Of a DNA stretch of 64,000 bases, positions 15,472 to 27,746 are shown piece after piece. Source of the DNA: Eledone cirrhosa (taxonomy: Eukaryota). The position numbers and the translations under genes were made by a program. The stretch lies in assembly GCA_964016885.1 (NCBI GenBank), contig OZ024741.1, forward strand, positions 86,614,001 through 86,678,000, in the 5' to 3' direction. Below the pieces are notes generated by a model. That model was not told where the DNA came from. It saw only the letters and a program-made list of their open reading frames with translations, and made no database searches. Position 1 is the stretch's first letter; the number at the start of each line of letters is the position of its first letter.

Positions 15472-17096
15472 AACAAGTTTGATTTAGAACGTAGCACGAT
15501 GGAAAGCATCCAGCAGATAGCTAATTCCATACACCAGAGTATAACTGTAACTATAGACTTCCCTTCCAAACACCCTAACAATAGACTACCTGTATTAGAC
15601 ACAGAACTCTGGATTAACACTATAGACGAGAGAGCCCAAATTCTCCACTCACACTATGCTAAACCCATGGCCTCCAAATACCTGATACTCAAAAACTCAG
15701 CAATGTCCAGTAGTGCTAAGTTTAATATTCTGATCGCAGATTTGGTACGAGTGATGAAGAATGTGTCCATCATGTGCGACCCAACAGAAATGGAAGGACA
15801 CATCCAACACTTCATCAACCGCATGCAGTTCTCTGGCTACAACCAAAGAGACAGAGTCAGAGTATACGAAGGAGCCATGGAAAAGTATAAGACCCTCATA
15901 GAACTGGACATGAAAGGAATTTGCCCACTATACAGGAGCAAATCATGGAATAGCTTAGATAGGGCTAGACATAAGATAGGGAAGGCCACATCATGGTACG
16001 ACAACCAGAGATATCAGAGTGTCATGTTTGTGGACGCCACCCCTGGAGGGAAATTAGCTAACCAGTGTAGAAAGGCCCTGAGAAAGACCCACTTAAAAAT
16101 AAAGGTGGTAGAAAAGCCAGGAACCACCATAAAATCCCTGATCAGCAAAACCTACCCTTTTAAGAAAACCCACTGTACCAATAGGAAATGTATCATATGT
16201 AAGGTGAACCCCCGGATAAACTGTAAAACTAGAAACGTAGTCTATAGCATAAGATGTACAGAGGGTACTTGCAGAAACACGACAACAACATACATAGGTG
16301 AGACAGCTCGTAGCATAGGTGAAAGGATAGACCAACACTGGGGGGGAACTAAAAGGACGAAAAAACGGGTCAGTACTATACGAACATGCTAGACAACATC
16401 ATGACGGTAACATAGACAACATAGAAATTAGAATAATATCTAAACATAGGAATGACCCAGCAGATAGGCAAATCAGAGAGGCCAGTGAAATAGAAATTAG
16501 AAGACCAAAGCTAAACAGAAAGAATGAGTGGAACAACAACAACACCCAAACAAACAACACTGACCTAAGAGAAGTATAAATAAATAAGTAAATTAAATTA
16601 AATAAAATAAGATAAATAAATACATACACAAGCACATAAACACACACTAGTCACCCAGCAGACAACACTATACACACTAGTCACACATCACACATCACAC
16701 ATAACACTATACACACACGCAAAACGCATGCGCAAAGAAGACAAAATAAAATAAGATAAACAAACAAGCAAATAAATAAATAAATATATAGACAGACTGA
16801 ACAAAAAAAATGGCGTAGACATACAACACAACAGGAGGAACAATGAATATAACACCACTGACGATGTTGCAGATGTGCAACGAAAGATTTATGTAAACTA
16901 TATATATATGTGTTTGTCTATATTGTATCTGTATTATTTTTGACCGCCGTCAGTCAATGGCAACATTGAGGACCGAGTAAGCTAGATCGCAGATATATAT
17001 ATATAAAAGACAGCGAGAAGCGAAAACCACCAAACAGTGAGTGTGTTCTGTTATTAATTCTGGCAATATTACGCAAATATGACCCTCCCCAAATAT

Positions 17097-17104
<8 letters not shown>
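15472..17104 (+). mobile_element. Inverted partial copy of the Penelope-like element
   Basis: Near-exact reverse complement of 12671-14303; one extra G at about 16340 frameshifts the GIY-YIG domain. Confidence 0.93.
16851..16897 (+). ncRNA. Minimal hammerhead ribozyme-like motif in the Penelope pLTR (mirror copy at 12879-12926, minus strand)
   Basis: CTGACGA-T-GTTGCA-GATG-TGCAAC-GAAA-GAT-TTA. Core and 6-bp stem II are present; stem I is weak. Confidence 0.55.
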
Positions 17105-17132
<28 letters not shown>

Positions 17133-17237
17133 ATATATATATATCCATATATATCGATATATATATATATCCATATATATATATATCGATATATATATAT
17201 ATATATATAAATATATATATATCTATATAAATATATA

Positions 17238-17270
<33 letters not shown>

Positions 17271-17306
17271 ATATAAATATATATATATCCATATTTATAT
17301 AGATAT

Positions 17307-17369
<63 letters not shown>

Positions 17370-17393
17370 TATATATATCTATATAAATATATA

Positions 17394-17441
<48 letters not shown>

Positions 17442-17465
17442 TATATATATCTATATAAATATATA

Positions 17466-17531
<66 letters not shown>

Positions 17532-17596
17532 TATATATATCTATATAAATATATATCTATATATATATATATATATATCCATATTTATATAGATAT

Positions 17597-17685
<89 letters not shown>

Positions 17686-17709
17686 TATATATATCTATAT
17701 AAATATATA

Positions 17710-17785
<76 letters not shown>

Positions 17786-17809
17786 TATATATATCTATAT
17801 AAATATATA

Positions 17810-17855
<46 letters not shown>

Positions 17856-17879
17856 TATATATATCTATATAAATATATA

Positions 17880-17912
<33 letters not shown>

Positions 17913-18034
17913 ATATAAATATATATATATCCATATTTATATAGATATCCATATATATATATATATCCATATATATATATATATATCCATATATATATAT
18001 ATATATATATATATCCATATATATATATATATAT

Positions 18035-18070
<36 letters not shown>

Positions 18071-18089
18071 ATATATATATATTATATAT

Positions 18090-18127
<38 letters not shown>

Positions 18128-18195
18128 ATATATATATATATATATCCATATATATATATATATATATATATATATCCATATATATATATATATAT

Positions 18196-18245
<50 letters not shown>

Positions 18246-18313
18246 CTATATATATATATATATATTATTATATATATCAATATATATATATATATCCATA
18301 TAATATATATATA
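17105..18313. repeat. (TA)n microsatellite with higher-order TAAA/TCTA units
   Basis: Directly visible; runs into the assembly gap. Confidence 0.93.
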
Positions 18314-18513
18314 NNNNNNNNNNNNNNNNNNNNNNNNNNNNNNNNNNNNNNNNNNNNNNNNNNNNNNNNNNNNNNNNNNNNNNNNNNNNNNNNNNNNNNN
18401 NNNNNNNNNNNNNNNNNNNNNNNNNNNNNNNNNNNNNNNNNNNNNNNNNNNNNNNNNNNNNNNNNNNNNNNNNNNNNNNNNNNNNNNNNNNNNNNNNNNN
18501 NNNNNNNNNNNNN
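18314..18513. other. Assembly gap (200 N)
   Basis: Run of n. Confidence 1.
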
Positions 18514-18815
18514 ATATATCATATAAGAAACATGGTATATTGTATATATACCAAATACATAGTCTATAGAATAAAATGTACACAGGTGGAATATTATCAT
18601 CATCGTTTTTAAGTTGTTTTTCCACACTTTGGGCCCAGGAAGACCACAAATCAAAGAAGTACTCAATACATGGTAAGATGCAGAATGGGTTTATTAGTGA
18701 AAGTAGGAGATTTACCATGAGCTCGGCAGTTTTGGCTAGCTGCTTCTTCTCGTGTAACTAGCCAAAACTGCTGAGCTCCCAGTAGATCCTCTACTTTCAC
18801 TAATATATACATATA

Positions 18816-18899
18816 CAGGGTGACCCCCAAAAAGGTATATACATTTATTAGAATGTTGTTGAAGTGAGTATACCTTTTTTTTGGGGGGGGGGGGGACCT

Positions 18900-18901
<2 letters not shown>
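18816..18901. mobile_element. Tiny Tc1/mariner-type MITE
   Basis: TA|CAGGGTGACCCCCAAAAAGGTATA...TATACCTTTTTTTTGGGG..GACCTTG|TA: imperfect terminal inverted repeats with TA flanks. Confidence 0.6.
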
Positions 18902-18949
<48 letters not shown>

Positions 18950-19032
18950 ATATTAACAAATGGAAACTATATTTATAAAACCATATTTATTTCATTATAC
19001 ATATACACATGTTTACTCCAAATACTATCTGA

Positions 19033-21172
19033 GATAGTTGTGATGTCATTGGAGAGAAGTGTATCCGGAATGATAAAGGTGAGCTTGCCCTCACAAGTGC
19101 TGAGAAGAAAGATGCATGGAAGAGTCATTATGATAGATTACTAAATGAGGAGAATGCATGGGAAGAAGAGACCCTACCCCACGTAGACCCTATAGAGGGA
19201 CCAGCAGTACAAGTCAGCGGCAGCGTAGTAAGTAAGGCAATCAGAGATATGAAGATAGGGAAGGCAACCGGTCCATCGGGTATAGCTGCCGAGATGCTGA
19301 AGGCATCTGGGTCTGTAGGTCACACTATAACCACACGTATCGTTAACCAGGTAATACTAGAGGGGGCCATACCAAAAGATTGGTGCAGTAGCATCATTGT
19401 CAACTGCTACAAAGGTAAAGGCGATGCACTAGATAGAGGAAACTATAGAGGTATAAAGTTGATGGACCAGGTCATGAAAGTAACAGAAAGAGTTATAGCA
19501 CAGCTGATTAGGGACCGGGTGAATATAGACGAGATGCAATTTGGGTTTGTACCAGGGAAAGGCACCACTGATGCCCTCTTCCTTGTGAGGCAATTACAGG
19601 AAAAGTACCTAGCTAAAAGTAAGCCACTCTACTTGGCATTTGTCGACCTTGAGAAAGCCTTTGACAGAGTTCCACGTGCAGTAATCTGGTGGGCTCTTAG
19701 AAAACTAGGAGTAGATGAATGGCTTGTGAAAGCGGTACAAGCCATGTATAGGGGAGCAGTCAGCAAAGTTAGGATTGGCAATGAGTATAGCGAGGAATTT
19801 AGCGTACAGGTTGGGGTCCACCAGGGCTCTGTTCTTAGCCCTCTCCTGTTCATCATAGTCCTGCAGGCAATAACGGAGGAGTTTAAGACCGGATGCCCAT
19901 GGGAACTCCTGTATGCTGATGACCTCGCACTCATAGCTGAATCTATGGTAGAACTAGAGAATAAATTCCAAACCTGGAAGCAGGGACTAGAGAGAAAGGG
20001 CCTCAAAGTCAACATGACAAAGACTAAGGTCCTTATAAGTAGACGAGAAAACAGAACCCAGATCCCCTCAGGGAAATGGCCTTGCTCAGTATGTAGGAAA
20101 GGTGTAGGTAGGAACTCCATTCTCTGCCCCAAATGCAAACAATGGGTACACAAGAGATGTAGCGGGATCTCAGGAAGCTTAATTAAGAATGTAGGATTCA
20201 CATGCAGCAGCTGTGCTGAAACAGCAAGCAAACAGCCACAGGAAACAAGTACCACCAATCTCTGGGAGGGCCCTGTAGAAACAGTAGACAGCTTCTGCTA
20301 CCTAGGTGACCGAATTAACAACGGAGGTGGGTGCTCAGAAAGTACAATAACTAGGGTAAGAACGGGATGGAAGAAGTTTAGGGAACTACTACCACTGCTA
20401 GCTGCAAAAGGCTTCTCCCTCAGAATGAAAGGCAGACTGTATGATGCGTGTATCCGAACAGCGATGTTGCATGGTAGTGAGACCTGGGCGCTGAAGGTGG
20501 AAGACTTACGTAGATTAGAGAGAAACGAAGCCTGCATGCTCCGATGGATGTGTAACAGTAATATACGTGAACGACAAAGCATAAAGGAATTGAGAGAGAG
20601 ACTGAGCATAAGAGGAATCAAATGCTGCGTGCAGGAGAGGCGGTTACGCTGGTATGGACATGTGATGCGTATGAAGGATGACACCTGCATAAAAAGGTGC
20701 AGAGCACTAGAAGTTGATGGAAACCGCGGAGTGGGGAGACCCAAGATGACTTGGGATGAGGTGATAAAAGCCGACCTTACCCAACTACACCTCTCAAAGT
20801 CAATGACACACGACCGTGACTTCTGGCGTCACGCAGTATTACAGGGTACCCGACCTCCCATGGGTACATGCTGAAGCATATAAACAATATGCCCCCCCCC
20901 CCACCGCAAGGTGGTCGTGGAGGTGCCACGGCAAAAAAGCACCCAGCCCACACTGTAAAGTGGACGTGTAGGCGCCACGAAAAAGCACCCAGCACTCACT
21001 GTAAATGAGGTTGGTGTTAGGAAGGGCATCCAGCTGTAGAAATCAAGCCAGATCAGTTCCTGTATGAGCAAGGCATGGTCAGCCGACCAGACACTGCCCA
21101 CAACAGGACAACCCGTCTAACCCATGCTAGCGTGGAAGAACGGACGTAAAACGGTGATGATGATGATGATGA
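19033..21172 (+). mobile_element. 5'-truncated RTE family B element with intact RT frame (19033-20874), 3' UTR and (GAT)n tail
   Basis: [46 protein letters not shown]. Confidence 0.95.
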
Positions 21173-22692
<1,520 letters not shown>

Positions 22693-25130
22693 TGTACTTC
22701 GCAAGTGTACTTCGCAAGAAGGGAAGCAGAGGAAAGAAAGTTCAAGCATGTTCTACAACGTGAGGACCAAAAACATGAGGTGTTCAGGATTGCCAGGCAA
22801 TGTGTCAAGGAAAACCGTGATATTGTCGGGGAGAAGTGTGTACTTAACGATGATGGCATACTTGCCATCACCGACGCTGATAAGAAGGTAGCTTGGAAGT
22901 GTCACTACGAAAGGCTTCTAAATGAGGAGAACAAACGGGAGAAAGACAGTCTCCCCCAGATCGATCCAATAGAGGGACCAGCAGTGTTAGTTGAAGGTAG
23001 TATAATAAGTAAGGCAATCAAAGATATGAAGACGGGTAAGGCGGCTGGGCCTTCGGAAATAGTTGCTGAGATGCTGAAGGCATCTGGTTCGGTGTGACAC
23101 ACCATGGTCACCCGGATAGTTAACCAAGTCGTACAGAATGGGGTTGTTCCGAAGGAATGGCGTAGCAGCATCATCGTTAACTGCTATAAGGGAAAAGGAG
23201 ATGCCCTAGATAGGAGTAACTATAGAGGCATTAAATTAATCGACCAGGTCATGAAGGTCACGGAAAAAGTAATAGCGCAACTAATCAGAGAGAGAATTGA
23301 TCTAGATGAAATGCAGTTCGGGTTTGTGTCAGGCAAAAGTACCACAGACGCTCTTTTCATTGTACGACAACTACAGGAGAAGTACCTAGCTAAAAGTAAA
23401 CCCCTATACTTAGCTTTTGTCGACTTGGAGAAAGCCTTCGACAGAGTCCCCCGTTCCATTATCTGGTGGTCTCTTAGAAAACTAGGTGTTGACGAATGGC
23501 TTGTGAGAGCTATACAAGCCATGTATAAAGAAACAGTCAGCAAGGTTAGAATTAACAACGAATATAGTGAAGAGTTTAGCGTAAAAGTTGGTGTCCATCA
23601 GGGCTCTGTACTTAGCCCCCTACTATTTATTATTGCCCTTCAGGCTATAACAGAGGAGTTCAAGACCGGCTGCCCATGGGAACTCCTATACGCAGATGAT
23701 CTAACGCTCATAGCTGAATCAATGACCGAACTAGAGAAGAAATTCCAAACGTGGAAGCACGGCCTAGAATCAAAAGGCCTTAAAATTAACCTGGCTAAGA
23801 CTAAAGTCCTAGTTTGTAGGAAAGAAAATAAGGCGGCGGTCCCATCGGGGAAATGGCCATGCTCAGTGTGTAGGAAAGGCGTAGGTAGAAACTCCATTTT
23901 ATGTCCCAAATGCAAAGTATGGGTGCATAAAAGATGTAGTGGGATCACAGGTAAGCTAACTAAGAACATAGATTTTACATGTGGCCGGTGCTCTGGTGCA
24001 ATAAGTAGCAGCAAGTGCCCACAAAATACTAGCTCCTTCAACTGCGCAGAGGGTTCTATAGAAATAGTGGACAGCTTCCGTTATCTGGGTGACAAAATCA
24101 GCAGTGGGGGAGGGTGCTCTGAACGTACAGTAGCTAGAGTCAGAACTGGATGGAAAAAGTTCAGAGAGCTTATACCACTATTAGCCGCTAGAGGGTTCTC
24201 CCTAAAAATGAAAGGCAGGTTATACGATGCCTGCATACGAACAGCAATGCTGCATGGCAGTGAGACCTGGGCATTGTGTGCAGAGGATATACGCAGACTA
24301 GAGAGGAACGAAGCTTGCATGCTCCGCTGGATGTGCAATAGTAATATACGTGAACGGCAAAGCATAAACGAACTAAGAAAAAAATTAGAAATAAGAGGGA
24401 TCAGATGTTGTTTACTCGAGAGAAGGCTACGTTGGTACGGTCACGTGATGCGCATGAAAGACGACAGCTGTATAACAAAGTGCAGGGCAATAAAGATAGA
24501 CGGTAGCCACGGAGTAGGCAGACCCAGAAAAACATGGGACGAGCTGATAAATTCCGACCTCACACGCTTCCACCTCTCCAAGACAATGTCACTGGACCGA
24601 GACCTTTGGCGGTACTCAGTAATAGAGAAGACCCGCCTTACCTAAATACAAAGTAAAAACCTACTACAGTCAGTAGGCACCTCTATCAAAACACACCCCC
24701 GTCCCACCACCTCCACACCGCCCCTTTCAATGTAAAGTTATGTTGGTCCCACAACATCCAGGCCGAAACAAATGAGATCGTGTAGGTGTCACGACAAAAA
24801 ACACACAGTCCACGCTGTAAATGTGGCCGTGTAGGCAACACGGTAAAAACCTCCCAGCCCCACACTGTAAATGTGGTTGGTGTTAGGAAGGGCATCCAGC
24901 TGTAGAAAACCCGCCAGACAGTCCACGCTGTAATGTGGCCGTGTAGGCAACACGGTAAAAACCTCCCAGCCCCACACTGTAAATGTGGTTGGTGTTAGGA
25001 AGGGCATCCAACTGTAGAAAACCCGCCAGACAGTCCTATGCGAGCAAGACAACCACTCTTGCCTCAAGTGGGAAAACCCCCGTCCAAACCCATGCAAGCG
25101 TGGAACACGGACGCTAAACCTGATGATGAT
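22693..25130 (+). mobile_element. 5'-truncated RTE family A (variant subfamily) element
   Basis: ORFs 22705-23097 and 23104-24645 are split by one TGA; the 3' UTR has an internal duplication; (GAT)n tail. Confidence 0.95.
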
Positions 25131-25274
25131 ATATATATATATATATATATACATATATATACACATACATATATATATACATATATATATACATATATAT
25201 ATACACATATATATATATATACATATATATATACATATATATATATACATATATATATATATACATATATATAC

Positions 25275-25307
<33 letters not shown>

Positions 25308-25724
25308 CATATATATACATATACACATACATATATATATATATATACATATACATATTCACACATACATATATACATATATATATACACACATGTATAT
25401 ATACATATACATATATATATACACACATGTATATATACATATATATACATATATACACACATGTATATATACATATATATACACACATATATATACATAT
25501 ATATATACACACATATACATATATATATATATACACACACATATATATATATATATACACACATATATATATATATAGATATACATATAAATATATATAC
25601 ATATATATACATAGATATACATATAAATATATATAAATATATATATACATAGATATACATATAAATATATATACATATATATATATATACATATATATAC
25701 ATAGATATACATATAAATATATAT

Positions 25725-25765
<41 letters not shown>

Positions 25766-25830
25766 AACACATATATATATATATATATATATACACAAAC
25801 ACACATATATATATATATATATATATACAA

Positions 25831-25867
<37 letters not shown>

Positions 25868-25893
25868 AACACACACATATATATATATATATA
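25131..25893. repeat. TA/CA compound microsatellite
   Basis: Directly visible. Confidence 0.95.
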
Positions 25894-26254
25894 TACGATA
25901 TTAAACAAATGGAAACTATATTTATAAAACCATATTTATTTCGTTATATATATTTCTGGGATATCATATTAAAAATATGGTATGCATTCCTCAGACAAAA
26001 TACAATACATAAGCTGTTTTATAAATAATTAGTGACATACCTTGTAATAATGCAACTTCCTTTTAAAAAGTTGATTTCCTTTTAAAAGGAAGTTGCATTA
26101 TTACAAGGTATGTCACTAATTATTTATAAAACAGCTTATGTATTGTATTTTGTCTGAGGAATGCATACCATATTTTTAATATGATATCCCAGAAATATAT
26201 ATAACGAAATAAATATGGTTTTATAAATATAGTTTCCATTTGTTTAATATCGTA
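25894..26254. repeat. Long inverted repeat with 175-bp arms and an 11-nt spacer
   Basis: 25894-26068 is the reverse complement of 26080-26254. Confidence 0.92.
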
Positions 26255-26342
26255 AACCTACTCCAGAAACTGTTGAGTGCTTTTATATCAGTTATAAAAT
26301 ATTTACTCGTTGTAACCCAACAATCTTAAATAAAACTTTTGC

Positions 26343-26861
<519 letters not shown>

Positions 26862-26862
<1 letters not shown>

Positions 26863-27530
26863 ATTGCAAAATACATTATATATACATCCATATATATATA
26901 TTGCTATTTCAGAGCTCCAATTCTAAATTTTAATTTCTGCCTGACCAACAACCACTCTGCATAATCAGCTCCTGATTATTTACTAGATTTCTATAAGAAT
27001 ATAACATCAATGATCTCAGTAGACAGGTGGGGTAGTTGGCCTTGATAAGCCTCAACCAAAGCGAAACAAGTCTTGTCGGCTTATCTCCCCTGTTTGCTGA
27101 GATCAAAGTGAGTGAATTTGTCACTACTTTAAAACAATAGCTTACGGTCTTCAAAATGCTTTTAATTAAGCATAAAGTGTATTGCAAAATACATTATATA
27201 TACATCCATATATATATATTGCTATTTCAGAGCTCCAATTCTAAATTTTAATTTCTGCCTGACCAACAACCGCTCTGCATAATCAGCTCCTGATTATTTA
27301 CTAGATTTCTATAAGAATATAACATCAATGATCTCAGTAGACAGGTGGGGTAGTTGGCCTTGATAAGCTTCAACCAAAGCGAAACAAGTCTTGTCGGCTT
27401 ATCTCCCCTGTTTGCTGAGATCAAAGTGAGTGAATTTGTCACTACTTTAAAACAATAGCTTACGGTCTTCAAAATGCTTTTAATTAAGCATAAAGTGTAT
27501 TGCAAAATACATTATATATACATCCATATA
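26862..27530. repeat. 318-bp tandem duplication (about 2.1 copies)
   Basis: TATTGCAAAATACATT recurs at 26862, 27180 and 27498; the units are nearly identical. Confidence 0.92.
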
Positions 27531-27597
27531 GATATATATATATACACACACATATATATATATACACACACATATATATAGATATACATATATATAT

Positions 27598-27648
<51 letters not shown>

Positions 27649-27654
27649 CACAGT

Positions 27655-27705
<51 letters not shown>

Positions 27706-27746
27706 TTATATATATATATATACATATATATATATACATATATATA

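Noticed and set aside
15286-15620. N-termini of the 807-aa and 368-aa Penelope ORFs
   Set aside because: They are antisense read-through across the inversion junction at 15471/15472.
18588-18672. Possible plus-strand exon (cag|GTGG...CATG|gtaag)
   Set aside because: The polypyrimidine tract is poor, no protein is recognisable and there are no partner exons.
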